The position numbers and the translations under genes were made by a program. 64,000 bases of DNA, from positions 3,367-67,366 of the forward strand of contig JAFDHG010000003.1 in the NCBI GenBank assembly GCA_019308925.1. The letters are read 5' to 3'. The notes beneath the pieces were generated by a model. That model was given only the letters and a program-made list of their open reading frames with translations, had not been told where the DNA came from and ran no database searches. Positions 49,638 through 58,845 of the stretch are shown one piece after another (positions within the stretch are counted from its first letter, which is position 1; each line of letters starts with the position of its first letter). This DNA is from Deltaproteobacteria bacterium. Lineage in GTDB: Bacteria > Desulfobacterota > B13-G15 > RBG-16-54-18.

Positions 49638-49993
49638 ATGAAGAAACGTCCTTACTTCAAATTCCCCGTTTTCAAGCGTCGCTGTATCATCATGGGGGAT
49701 GAAGATGAGGTTCAGGCGATAGAGGCCTTTCTCGCCGACTATCCCGTTTTTGATGTGGTGCATTTCACGAATCCCCATGGAATACCGGTTTCAGCGGGGA
49801 GGCCAAGGAGCTTGTATTCCTCATTGATTCACTTGAGCTGGATGAAATCATCCTTGGCAAAACAACCGATCTGGGCCCAGAAACGAGAGATGCCCTCCTT
49901 ACGTGCAGGGAGCAAAGGGTGGCAATTACCCCCTTTCCCCTTATTTACGAGGGTCTGACAGGGCGTATCCCTGTGGATTTTATAGGTGAGCGA
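49638..49993 (+). pseudogene. N-terminal cytoplasmic-loop region of a WbaP-type polyprenyl-phosphate sugar phosphotransferase, split over two frames
   Basis: Frame 0: RRCIIMGDEDEVQAIEAFLADYPVFDVVHFTNPHGIPV; frame +2: AKELVFLIDSLELDEIILAKTTDLGPETRDALLTCREQRVAITPFPLIYEGLTGRIPVDFIGER; shifts at a G4 run near 49796 and near 49986; no transmembrane helices 1-4. Confidence 0.45.
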
Positions 49994-50597
49994 TGATGGC
50001 GCGCAGGAGCGCGGGATATATCCCGTGGCCAAGAGGCTCTGTGATATCACAGGGGCTGCCCTGGGGCTTGTGGGGTTTGGGCTCCTTTCCCCTTTTATTG
50101 CCCTGGCCATAAAACTCGATTCCCCAGGACCCATCTTCTATCGACAGACACGGGTAGGCAGGGGAGGCAAGACCTTTGTTATCAGGAAACTGCGCACCAT
50201 GGTAGCGGATGCTGAAAAAGAAGAAGACTTCTGGTCAAATCACACTGATCCCAGGGTGACCCGGGTAGGCCGCTGGTTGCGCAAAACAAGGCTTGACGAG
50301 GTCCCCCAGTACTGGAGGATCCTCAAGGGCGAGATGAGCATCGTGGGTCCCAGGCCAGAACGTCTCAATGTTGTAAAAAGGCTTGAGAAGGAGCTCCCCC
50401 TTTACCACCTGCGTTACATCGCAAAACCAGGGTTGGTAGGCTGGGCCATGGTTAATCGCGGTTATATGTGCAGCTTTGAGGATGCCAAGGTGAGGCACGA
50501 ATATGACCTATACTACGTAAAGCACCGGTCCTTCTGGTTTGATGCATTGATTTTTCTTAGGGCCTTTTGGCACTTGCTCACGATGAGGGGAAGGTGA
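49986..50597 (+). CDS. Bacterial sugar transferase catalytic domain (phosphoglycosyl transferase, PglC/WbaP C-terminal type)
   Basis: KRLCDITGAALGLVGFGLLSPFIALAIKLDSPGPIFYRQTRVGRGGKTFVIRKLRTM and DEVPQYWRILKGEMSIVGPRPE are the Bac_transf signature. Confidence 0.75.
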   Translation: MSDDGAQERGIYPVAKRLCDITGAALGLVGFGLLSPFIALAIKLDSPGPIFYRQTRVGRGGKTFVIRKLRTMVADAEKEEDFWSNHTDPRVTRVGRWLRKTRLDEVPQYWRILKGEMSIVGPRPERLNVVKRLEKELPLYHLRYIAKPGLVGWAMVNRGYMCSFEDAKVRHEYDLYYVKHRSFWFDALIFLRAFWHLLTMRGR

Positions 50598-51711
50598 TGA
50601 TCGCTGTTATTGGTGCTTCGAGTAGCGGGATTTTTGCTGCATGGCGCCTGGCACAGGAGGGTCATCCGGTACAGCTCTATGAAAAGGAGCCTGCCTTTCA
50701 GCCCTATGCCCGAAGGCTTATCGTGACCTCTTTGCTCTTTCAGTTCCTATCCCTCCCTGAGGATTTGATCCTCCATCAGATAGATGCCTTCGAGTTCATC
50801 GCTGATGGGTACCGAGGTCATATTCAGCTCAAAAGCCCTGATCTGATCCTAGAGCGCAGAGACCTCATCCAGTGGCTTGCAACAAAGGCGCAAAAAAGCG
50901 GGGTGGAATTAAGGGGGGATGGGTCTTTTCCGGCCTCAGCGAGGAAGTAAATGAGGTGAGGGTCAGGCTGCGCCACGCATCGACAGGACAACAGGAGGAG
51001 GTCTGCCCTTCTATCCTCATCAGTGCCGATGGGGCAGAGGGTTCAGTGGGGAAGACCCTGGGTCATCGACTGCCCACGGTCTCGCTGCTTCAGGCAAAGA
51101 TCACCCTTCCTCAAGATCATCCCCCAAACCTTGCCCGGATCTTGTTTAAGAGGGAGATAACGCCCTATTTCTTCTGGCTTTTCCCTGATTCCCCGCACAC
51201 CGGCATTGTAGGGGTCATCATGGATAATGGGGATGGGGTTAGGCAGGCCCTGGATGGGTTTATCCACCAGATGGAGTGTGAGCCGCTTGAGTACCAGGAG
51301 GGGTATACGTCCCTGTACATGCCCGATTTTAGACCGGAGCTAAAAAGGGGAGGACTACATATCTTCTTTGTGGGCGATGCTGCAGGGCAGGTGAAGGCCA
51401 CCACCGTGGGGGGGACGGTTGCAGGCCTTCGAGGGGCAGAGGCCTGTGTCAGGGTGATCAATAAAGGGACCTCTTATTGGCAGGAGCTTTCCCCTCTGAG
51501 AAGGGAACTCAGGGTCCATTCTTTAATTCGGAGGTTTTTGAACCCTCTGGATGATGGGGATTACGGGAAGGTCTTATCCTCTGTTGACGGGAAGGGGTCT
51601 TTTCCCGGCCGCTTTTCCCGCGATGAAATATCCTCTCATCTCATTCCTCTTCTCCTGAAACACCCTCGCTTTTCCTTCACGATATTAAAAGCTATGACAA
51701 AGGGCATGTAA
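50597..51711 (+). CDS. FAD-dependent oxidoreductase, geranylgeranyl-reductase family, split by a frameshift at a G6 run near 50906-50911
   Basis: N-terminal part MIAVIGASSSGIFAAWRLAQEGHPVQLYEK (FAD fold) ends at 50950; the continuation WVFSGLSEEVNEV...ILISADGAEGSVGK is in the -1 frame. Confidence 0.6.
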
Positions 51712-51794
51712 AGGCGTAAAGCGTAAGGGGTGATACGTAACGGGTAGATAGTTATTGGTTTTGGGTTATTGGTTTTGAGTTAAACTTGATAATT

Positions 51795-51814
51795 CCCTGT
51801 GGCTTGCCACAGGG
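51795..51814. repeat. IS200/IS605-type subterminal hairpin
   Basis: ccctgtggc-tt-gccacaggg perfect palindrome, 25 nt upstream of the tnpA reading frame. Confidence 0.55.
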
Positions 51815-51839
51815 TTACCTTAGGTAGTAGTCTTGCCAT

Positions 51840-52306
51840 GTGGTTAAGGAGGAAGAAAAAAGGGGTGAGGTAAAGAAAGGGTATCGTTGGGCATGGCAGA
51901 TACATTATCACGTAGTGTTTCCGGTGAAGTATAGGAGGGCATTGTTGGAAGAGGATGTGGTGGAGATAATAAAAGAGACAGCACGGGGAATACAAGAGAG
52001 CAAGAGAGGTATGCAATAGAGTTTGAAGCCTTGGGGATGGATAGAGACCATATTCATATACTTTGCAGTGCACATCCAAAGCTAGCTCCTGGTGAGATAG
52101 TAAGGATATTCAAGGGCATAACAGCGAGGGAGATTTTCAGGAGGGAACCGACGATAAAGAAGGAATTATGGGGAGGAGAGTTTTGGACAGATGGATATTA
52201 TGTTGCGACTGTAGAGGAGAGGGCAGACTGGGGGACAGTGGAGAGATACATAAAAAGACAAGGCAAACCAAGAGAGGAATTGAGGCAACTGAAATTATTT
52301 GATTGA
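51840..52306 (+). mobile_element. tnpA: IS200/IS605-family Y1 transposase tnpA, interrupted by one frameshift
   Basis: Frame 0: KGYRWAWQIHYHVVFPVKYRRALLEEDVVEIIKETARGIQ (HUH region); stop at 52017; -1 frame continues ERYAIEFEALGMDRDHIHILCSAHPKLAPGEIVRIFKGITAREIF...WGGEFWTDGYYVATV (catalytic Tyr region). Confidence 0.65.
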
Positions 52307-52383
52307 TACCCTGCGGCTTGCCGCAGGGTTATTCATTAAATTATTTGATTGATACCCTGCGGCTTGCCGCAGGGTTATTCATT
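52296..52383. repeat. Two tandem 46-nt direct repeats, each carrying an IS200/IS605-type hairpin
   Basis: ttatttgattgataccctgcggcttgccgcagggttattcatt occurs twice (hairpins at 52309-52328 and 52355-52374). Confidence 0.6.
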
Positions 52384-52485
52384 GATCACTACCCTCAGCT
52401 TACCAGAGAGGATATACACGCCGCTCTGGCCTATGCGGCAGAGCTGTCCCACGAAAGTATCTGGAAAACCGCAGTGCCTGCATGA
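52375..52485 (+). pseudogene. C-terminal fragment of a DUF433-family protein, truncated by the repeat insertion
   Basis: DHYPQLTREDIHAALAYAAELSHE matches the conserved DUF433 C-terminus (YP.LT.EDI.AAL.YA); the N-terminal part is absent. Confidence 0.4.
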
Positions 52486-52562
52486 AGCTGAAGCTGGATG
52501 AGAACCTGTCCCGTCATCTGACTAGGGGGTATTTCACGTTCAGCATTTCCCGATTTCAATGA
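52482..52562 (+). pseudogene. N-terminal fragment of a DUF5615-type partner gene
   Basis: MKLKLDENLSRHL... overlaps the DUF433 stop in ATGA fashion, then stops after 26 codons. Confidence 0.3.
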
Positions 52563-52609
52563 GAATATTTGGTTGACTAAAGGTATATTTTAGGTATAAT
52601 AATTATATC

Positions 52610-52870
52610 GTGGAGTTTGAATTCGACGCAAAGAAAAGCCATGGTAATAAGGAAAAGCATGGGATCGACTTTTTCGAAGCGCAGGCACTCTGGGACGATC
52701 CTGATTTAATTGAAATTCCGGTAAAAACAAGCGATGAACCAAGATTTTTGGTAATCGGAAAGATTTCAGGAAAACATTGGTCAGGAGTTATTACGTATCG
52801 GGGTGAAAAGATAAGAATCATTTCGGTGCGGCGATCTAGGAAAGAGGAGGTAGACATATATGAAAGCTAA
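52610..52870 (+). CDS. brnT: BrnT-family ribonuclease toxin (DUF497)
   Basis: 86 aa; FEFDAKKSHGNKEKHGIDFFEAQALWDDPD...RIISVRRSRKEEVDIY is the BrnT signature. Confidence 0.8.
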   Translation: MEFEFDAKKSHGNKEKHGIDFFEAQALWDDPDLIEIPVKTSDEPRFLVIGKISGKHWSGVITYRGEKIRIISVRRSRKEEVDIYES

Positions 52871-53084
52871 GGAATTTGATAAGGAATTTGATGAAGGCAA
52901 GGACATTTCCAAACACCTTGATATGTCAAAAGCGAGGAGACCGGAGCAGGAGCAGAAAAGAGTAAATGTAGATTTTCCGATGTGGATGATTAACTTATTG
53001 GATAAAGAAGCAAGACGGTTAGGTGTGCCCCGACAATCCATTATCAAAGTCTGGGTCGCTGAGCGACTTGAAAAGGCATCTTGA
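52860..53084 (+). CDS. brnA: BrnA-family antitoxin (CopG/RHH-like)
   Basis: 74 aa; overlaps brnT by 11 nt; VNVDFPMWMINLLDKEARRLGVPRQSIIKVWVAERL. Confidence 0.75.
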   Translation: MKAKEFDKEFDEGKDISKHLDMSKARRPEQEQKRVNVDFPMWMINLLDKEARRLGVPRQSIIKVWVAERLEKAS

Positions 53085-53095
53085 ACTTGGTTATT

Positions 53096-53249
53096 CCCTG
53101 TAGCTTGCTACAGGGTTATCTTATCTTTTCTTCCCCCTCGATGGGGGAGGGTAGGTGGGGGTGATTCTAGGTGTCTTTTTCTCACCCTCCCCTTTATCCC
53201 CTCCCATCAAGGGAGGGGATAATAAGATACCCCGCAGCTTGCTGCGAGG
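53096..53249. repeat. Hairpin-bounded miniature element (IS200/IS605-type hairpins at both ends; internal G/C hairpins)
   Basis: ccctgtagc-tt-gctacaggg (53096-53115) and cccgcagc-tt-gctgcgagg (53230-53249) flank ccccctcgatggggg and ccctccc-atcaa-gggaggg hairpins. Confidence 0.45.
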
Positions 53250-53395
53250 TTCATTGTGGCATTGAATGTCTTGGTGAGGCGTTGTATTCTTATACATTGA
53301 TGAGTCCGGCGAAATTGGTATGTTGACCTACCGCGCTGAATCTGACTTCTTGCAATGCTTCTCATTTAATCCCAAAGGCGCTCGGGGGATTTTCG

Positions 53396-53449
53396 CTTGA
53401 CCCTGAAGCCCGTTTTCGTTTGCAGTTTTGTATGAGCAGAGGGTGGTTA
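53396..53449 (+). repeat. Partial duplicate of the tRNA-Val promoter and first 9 nt
   Basis: ttgaccctgaagcccgttttcgtttgcagttttgtatgagcagagggtggtta matches cttgacaccgatgcccgttttcgtttacagttttgtaatagtcatgggcggtta at 53839-53891. Confidence 0.5.
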
Positions 53450-53882
53450 TATTTGTTAGCAATCTTGAAACATAGAACTCCCCCCCTTACCTTTTGTCCC
53501 CTTTAACCTTCCTTAACATCACGAGTCGTTTTCATCAACTACCCATATATTTACCCATACTTTTCAGGACTTTCCCCAAAAATCCTCTATCAAATTGAAA
53601 TAGGCTATTGATATTAATAGCTTAGGAAGGATTGCATGTGGAAAGGTATGTTCTTGATGAAAAAATGGGGAAACTTTTTTCTCAAAAAATAGCCTCCTTT
53701 TGGTATGATGCAGGGTGTGGATTTATCAGTAAAATCCGCAACATACCACAGGAGGCCGTTATGAATATAGCACAGGTATGTGCCAAATTGCGAGCTCAGA
53801 TGGTGCTTTTTTTGGGGAAACTTTCTGGCTATTTCCCCTTGACACCGATGCCCGTTTTCGTTTACAGTTTTGTAATAGTCAT

Positions 53883-53957
53883 GGGCGGTTAACTCAGTGG
53901 GAGAGTGCTACCTTCACACGGTAGAAGTCACTGGTTCAAATCCAGTACCGCCTACCA
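53883..53957 (+). tRNA. tRNA-Val (anticodon CAC)
   Basis: Cloverleaf: acceptor GGGCGGT/ACCGCCT (G1-U72 wobble), D stem ACTC/GAGT, anticodon stem CTACC/GGTAG with loop TTCACAC, T arm ACTGG-TTCAAAT-CCAGT, discriminator A, encoded CCA. Confidence 0.85.
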
Positions 53958-54071
53958 AGTTTGATCTTGTCAAGACCGCAGGGAACGGGAGGAAATCGGT
54001 GGTCAGACCACAAAGGGAAAGAAGGCCCTTTCTCCTCCCTGCGGTTTTTATTTTAGGCAGGGGAAAGCGCA

Positions 54072-54827
54072 ATGTCAGGTCACTCTAAGTGGTCGCAGAT
54101 TAAGAGGAAAAAGGGGGTCCAGGATGCCAAGAGGGGGAAGATCTTCAGCAAGCTGATCAGGGAGATCACGGTGGCTGCCCGATTGGGAGGAGGTGACCCG
54201 GAGGGGAACCCCAGGCTGAGGGCGGCCATTGCCGCCGCCAAGTTGGAGAACATGCCCAGGGACAACATCGAGAGGGCCATAAAAAAGGGGGCAGGAGAGC
54301 TTGGTGAGGGAGCAGCCTATGAGGATTTAATCTATGAGGGTTATGGCCCTGGTGGGGTGGCAGTTCTCATCGAGGCTATGACGGACAACAAGAATAGGAC
54401 CACTGCGGAGATTAGATATATCTTCTCTAAGTGTAACGCAAATTTGGGGGAAGCGGGGTGTGTCTCTTGGATGTTTCAAAAGAAGGGGTACATCGTGGTG
54501 GAAAGGGACGATGTGGACGAAGACAGGTTGATAGAAGTGGTCCTGGAGGCAGGAGCAGAGGATGTAAAGGAGGAGGGAGAAAAGGAGTATGAGGTGATCA
54601 CTGCTCCGCAGGACTGTGAGGCTGTAAAAGGGGCCCTGGAGCAGGCGGGGATTGAGTGCCTGCTGGCAGAGATCACTATGCACCCCCAAAGCACGATAAG
54701 GTTAGAGGGAAGGAATGCGGAGCAGGTGCTGCGCCTCATGGAGATGTTGGAGGATCATGACGATGTCCAAAAGGTCTACGCGAACTTCGACATCCCTGAG
54801 AACGTGATGGAACAGTTGAGTCGATGA
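54072..54827 (+). CDS. yebC: YebC/PmpR-family transcriptional regulator
   Basis: [32 protein letters not shown] is the invariant YebC N-terminus. Confidence 0.85.
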   Translation: MSGHSKWSQIKRKKGVQDAKRGKIFSKLIREITVAARLGGGDPEGNPRLRAAIAAAKLENMPRDNIERAIKKGAGELGEGAAYEDLIYEGYGPGGVAVLIEAMTDNKNRTTAEIRYIFSKCNANLGEAGCVSWMFQKKGYIVVERDDVDEDRLIEVVLEAGAEDVKEEGEKEYEVITAPQDCEAVKGALEQAGIECLLAEITMHPQSTIRLEGRNAEQVLRLMEMLEDHDDVQKVYANFDIPENVMEQLSR

Positions 54828-55336
54828 GGGTATTGGGGATAGACCCCGGCACACAGGTCATGGGTTATGGGGTGGTAGAAGAGGATAAGGGAGAACTGGG
54901 TCACATCGGCAATGGGATCCTCTCCCCCCAGGGAGAGCTGCCGGAGAGGCTGAAGGGGATCTATGATGGATTAACAGAGGTGATCCGCAAATACTCCCCT
55001 GAGGTGGTGGCCATGGAGAGCCCCTTTTTTGCGAAAAATGTGCTGAGCACCCTGAAATTGGGGCAGGTACAGGGGGTCATCTTGCTGGCAACAACCCATT
55101 GCTCTCTTGCCTCCTTTGCTTATACCCCCATGGAGGTCAAGTCCGCCGTCGCCGGTTACGGGAGGGCCACCAAGGTCCAGGTAAGGGAGATGGTAAAACG
55201 CCTCCTGGGGCTCGATCGGCCCCTTTCCTTGGACGCCTCCGATGCCCTGGCCGTGGCCATCTGCCACATCCACACCGCCGAACTAAAGGGGAGATATCAG
55301 CGACACCTCCTCCCCCGCCAAGCCCCCAGAAGATGA
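54824..55336 (+). CDS. ruvC: Holliday junction resolvase RuvC
   Basis: [18 protein letters not shown]...; catalytic acidic residues; about 170 aa. Confidence 0.9.
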   Translation: MRVLGIDPGTQVMGYGVVEEDKGELGHIGNGILSPQGELPERLKGIYDGLTEVIRKYSPEVVAMESPFFAKNVLSTLKLGQVQGVILLATTHCSLASFAYTPMEVKSAVAGYGRATKVQVREMVKRLLGLDRPLSLDASDALAVAICHIHTAELKGRYQRHLLPRQAPRR

Positions 55337-55932
55337 TATCTCAAATCCGTGGCCAATTGGTCTATAAATCTCCCGAGGAGATCATCATCGATGTCAATGG
55401 GGTAGGATATGGCGTCAAGGTCCCTCTTTCCACCTTCTATGAGCTCCCGGGGATAGGAGGGGATGTCCTCTTGCAGGTCCACACATATGTACGAGAGGAT
55501 ACCCTCCACCTGTACGGCTTTTTGACCCCAAAAGAGAAAGAGCTCTTTTGCCTATTGATCGGGGTCTCGGGTGTGGGGCCGAGGTTGGCCATCAACGTGC
55601 TGTCCGGTATTTCTGCTCAGGACCTGGAGAGGGCCTTGAAGGATGAGGACCTGCCCAGTTTGACCCGCATCCCCGGTGTGGGGAGAAAGACCGCCGAGAG
55701 GATGCTTGTGGAGTTAAAAGACAAGGTAGTCGCCTCTGCAACGGCGGTGGTCAGTGGCATTCAAGGTAAAGAGGGGGGGATGGTCAAGGATGCCCTTTCC
55801 GCCCTGGTCAACCTGGGTTATACAAGAGGAATAGCTGAGGAGGCCTTAAGGGATGTGTTACGGGAGAAGGGGGACGATCTCTCTTTAGAGGATCTCCTGA
55901 AGGAGTCCTTGCGGCTCCTGGTCAGGCATTGA
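55333..55932 (+). CDS. ruvA: Holliday junction branch-migration protein RuvA
   Basis: Start at [10 protein letters not shown] (ATGA overlap with the ruvC stop); two HhH motifs. Confidence 0.9.
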   Translation: MISQIRGQLVYKSPEEIIIDVNGVGYGVKVPLSTFYELPGIGGDVLLQVHTYVREDTLHLYGFLTPKEKELFCLLIGVSGVGPRLAINVLSGISAQDLERALKDEDLPSLTRIPGVGRKTAERMLVELKDKVVASATAVVSGIQGKEGGMVKDALSALVNLGYTRGIAEEALRDVLREKGDDLSLEDLLKESLRLLVRH

Positions 55933-55940
55933 GGTAGATA

Positions 55941-56951
55941 GTGAAAGATAAGCCTATTGTCTCAGAAGAGGAAATCCGCTTTGAGCAGGGGGTGCGCCCT
56001 CTATCCTTCGCGGAATACGTGGGCCAGGAGCGAGTCAAGGAGAACCTGAGGGTCTTTGTCGATGCCGCCGGTGAACGGGGGGAGGCCCTCGACCATGTCC
56101 TCTTTCACGGCCCTCCTGGTCTGGGCAAGACCACCTTGGCCCACATCATCGCCCATGAGCTAGGGGTGGGGATCAAGGCCACCTCCGGCCCAGCCATAGA
56201 GCGCACAGGGGATCTGGCGGCCATCCTCACCAATCTGCAGGAGAGGGACGTGCTGTTCATAGATGAGGTCCACCGCCTCAATCGGGTAGTGGAGGAGGCC
56301 CTCTACCCGGTGCTGGAGGACTTCGAGTTCGACATCGTCATTGGCCAGGGCCCCAGTGCCCGGGCCATCAAGCTGGATATCCCTCCCTTTACCCTGGTGG
56401 GGGCCACCACCAGGGCAGGGCTCCTCACCTCTCCCCTGAGGGACAGGTTTGGAGTGGTCTTCAGGGTAGACTACTATTCGCCGGAGGAGTTGGCTGTTAT
56501 CGTTGAGAGATCTGCACGTATCCTCGGGGTGAGCATAGATGGAGAGGGGGCCTGGGAGATCGCCTCCCGCTCCCGGGGTACCCCCAGGGTGGCCATTCGT
56601 CTTTTGCGCAGGGTACGGGACTACGCCCAGGTCAGGGAGGACGGTTCCATCACTAGGGAGGTGGCCCAAAGGTCCCTCGCCCAGATGGAGATCGACCAGT
56701 TGGGCCTCGATAACATGGACCGCAAGATCCTGCGAACCATCATTGAGAAGTTCAGCGGGGGCCCAGTGGGTGTAGATACCCTCTCCACGGCCATCAGTGA
56801 GGAGAAGGATACCATTGAGGACGTGTATGAGCCCTTTCTCATTCAGAAGGGGTATATCAATCGCACTGCCCGGGGGAGGGTAGCTACTAAACTCGCCTAT
56901 GAATACCTCGGGTTGCAGCCCCAGGGTGGCATGCAAGAGGGGCTCTTTTGA
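55941..56951 (+). CDS. ruvB: Holliday junction ATP-dependent DNA helicase RuvB
   Basis: Walker [12 protein letters not shown] and Walker B VLFIDEVH; 336 aa. Confidence 0.9.
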   Translation: MKDKPIVSEEEIRFEQGVRPLSFAEYVGQERVKENLRVFVDAAGERGEALDHVLFHGPPGLGKTTLAHIIAHELGVGIKATSGPAIERTGDLAAILTNLQERDVLFIDEVHRLNRVVEEALYPVLEDFEFDIVIGQGPSARAIKLDIPPFTLVGATTRAGLLTSPLRDRFGVVFRVDYYSPEELAVIVERSARILGVSIDGEGAWEIASRSRGTPRVAIRLLRRVRDYAQVREDGSITREVAQRSLAQMEIDQLGLDNMDRKILRTIIEKFSGGPVGVDTLSTAISEEKDTIEDVYEPFLIQKGYINRTARGRVATKLAYEYLGLQPQGGMQEGLF

Positions 56952-56964
56952 TGACCACATTCCA

Positions 56965-57113
56965 TAAAGGGTTCTAGGATTCCAGGATTCTAGGGCTTGC
57001 GGCGAGCTCCCTTCGGTCTGAGCGTTCGACTGAGCTCACGCCGAAGTCTCAGGGTCGAAGACAGCCGAGCGGTTATAGTGTATTTCACTCGACCCCTTGG
57101 CCTCTGGAACCCT
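56965..57113. repeat. Copy E of the dispersed repeat family plus a highly structured GC-rich segment
   Basis: aagggttctaggattccaggattctaggg ... cttcgg/ccgaag and gagctc inverted repeats ... cactcgaccccttggcctctggaaccct. Confidence 0.5.
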
Positions 57114-57172
57114 ATGAGATGAATTCTCGGGCCCCTTTTAGAATCTTCTTGGCGAGGAATCAGAATTTAAAA

Positions 57173-57775
57173 ATGTCAAAGGTACCCTCAATCTATATAT
57201 CCGCCCTCCTGCTGGCAGCGGGGGAGGGGGAGAGGATGAGGGGGATCAAACAGCTCCTCCCCCTGGGGGAGAAGAGCATGGTGGAGGCATCGCTGGATAA
57301 TCTCCAGGCCTCCCAGGTCGATGAGATCATCGTGGTCCTGGGTTTTGCGGCCGAGCGGATCCTCCCCTTACTGAAAGGTAAGGAACGGGTCAAGGTAGTG
57401 ATAAATCCCTCCTTTCTGGGGGGGATGAGTACCTCCATGCACTATGGGCTGAGGGTCATAGACCCCCAAAGCAAGGGGGTCCTTATCGCCCTGGCCGATC
57501 AACCCTTCATCCCCCCGGAGGTGGTAGACCTCCTCATTGAGAGGTTTGCCGAGGGTAGCAAGGGGATCGTGCTGCCAGTATATCAGGGCCGGAGGGGGCA
57601 CCCGGTGATCTTGGACAGGGAGAGGTATGAGGGGGAGCTCTTTGGGCTGCGGGGGGATGTAGGCGGCAGGGAGATCGTGAAAAGTCACCCAGAGGATGTC
57701 CTGGAGGTGGAGGTATTCTCATCAGGGGTGGTGTTGGATATTGATGATTGGGAGGAGTATAAAGAGTTTACATAG
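57173..57775 (+). CDS. MobA/MocA-like nucleotidyltransferase (molybdenum cofactor nucleotidylation family)
   Basis: ALLLAAGEGERMRG.KQLLPL NTP-transferase motif; start set at MSKVP. Confidence 0.65.
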   Translation: MSKVPSIYISALLLAAGEGERMRGIKQLLPLGEKSMVEASLDNLQASQVDEIIVVLGFAAERILPLLKGKERVKVVINPSFLGGMSTSMHYGLRVIDPQSKGVLIALADQPFIPPEVVDLLIERFAEGSKGIVLPVYQGRRGHPVILDRERYEGELFGLRGDVGGREIVKSHPEDVLEVEVFSSGVVLDIDDWEEYKEFT

Positions 57776-58032
57776 AAAATAACCTTACTCGAATCTTTCC
57801 CCTCCCCTGGTGGGAGGGGGTAAATTGAATTTTCATGGTTCGTGGTTGATGAACCCGTCATGGGAAATTGCCGTGAAAATTATTTTCGGTAAATGTGAGC
57901 ATGCAAACCATTTCAGCCTTTATGTTTTTTCAACCTTACTTTAGGGCCGATGCATCGGCCCTGGAACCCTCGATAAGGTTTTTCCTTAATATAGGAGGGT
58001 AGGGGAGGCAAAGGAGCTTTTTCTTGAGCTCA

Positions 58033-58770
58033 TCAAAGCCCACCCCACTCATACTGGAGGATAGCGCAGGCGGCGATGGCCGCTGTTTCCGTCCGCAGGA
58101 TCTTCCCCCCGAGGCCAACGGTTGCAAAGCCCACCGCCTTCGCCCGTTTTACCTCTTCATCATCCCATCCCCCTTCAGATCCGACCATCAGGGCTATGCT
58201 TTTTGGAAGAGGCAAAGACCGAAGAGAAGATGAAAACCTTTCCCTCTCTTTTTCCAATAAAAGGATCTTGAGCTCCAAGGGGCGGGCTATCTCCAGGGCT
58301 TCCTCGAAGGAGCAATAAGGGGCTACATAGGGTACAGAGGCCCTCCGGCACTGTTTTGTGGCCTTTATGGCGATGTGTTGCCAGCGGTGGGCCTTGGGCT
58401 GACTTGCTTCCCTCTCCTCCAGGGATATGGAGTGCCTTGATTTAAAGGGGACTATGACCTTAACCCCCAACTCGGTCCCCTTTTGGATGATGAGCTCTAT
58501 CCGCTCCTTGTCCGGTAGGGCCTGAAACAAAAAGACACTGAAAGGGGGGTCTGTGGGCTCCCTCAACTTCTCAAATATATATACGCTTGCGCGACCCTGC
58601 TGAAGCTCCACTATCCTTCCCCTGAACTCCTTGCCTGAGGCATCCTTGAGGGTAATGATCTCCCCCTTGTAAGGCTCCCGAAACAGAAGAGCAGAGAAGG
58701 GGTCACCTTCCAGAGATATCTCCATCCCTTCTCTTAGCTTAGCTGGTAAGACGATCTGCTGGAGCTTCAA
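58033..58770 (-). CDS. rsmE: 16S rRNA (uracil1498-N3)-methyltransferase RsmE
   Basis: PUA-like N-terminus; SPOUT C-terminus with GGKILRTETAAIAA. Confidence 0.8.
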   Translation of the reverse strand: MKLQQIVLPAKLREGMEISLEGDPFSALLFREPYKGEIITLKDASGKEFRGRIVELQQGRASVYIFEKLREPTDPPFSVFLFQALPDKERIELIIQKGTELGVKVIVPFKSRHSISLEEREASQPKAHRWQHIAIKATKQCRRASVPYVAPYCSFEEALEIARPLELKILLLEKERERFSSSLRSLPLPKSIALMVGSEGGWDDEEVKRAKAVGFATVGLGGKILRTETAAIAACAILQYEWGGL

Positions 58771-58845
58771 GGGGGCTTCTTTATCCTCGTGCAGGTAAAT
58801 CCCTAAACCCTTGGTGTCCAGTAGCTGATTTGGAGATAATCCAGG

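Noticed and set aside
52296-52383. Possible CRISPR array
   Set aside because: Only two 46-nt repeat copies, no spacers of regular length and no cas genes; the units are IS200/IS605-type hairpins.
53897-54088. 63-aa ORF MGECYLHTVEVTGSNPVPPTKF...
   Set aside because: It overlaps tRNA-Val; the peptide SNPVPPT is the classic translation of a tRNA T-arm.
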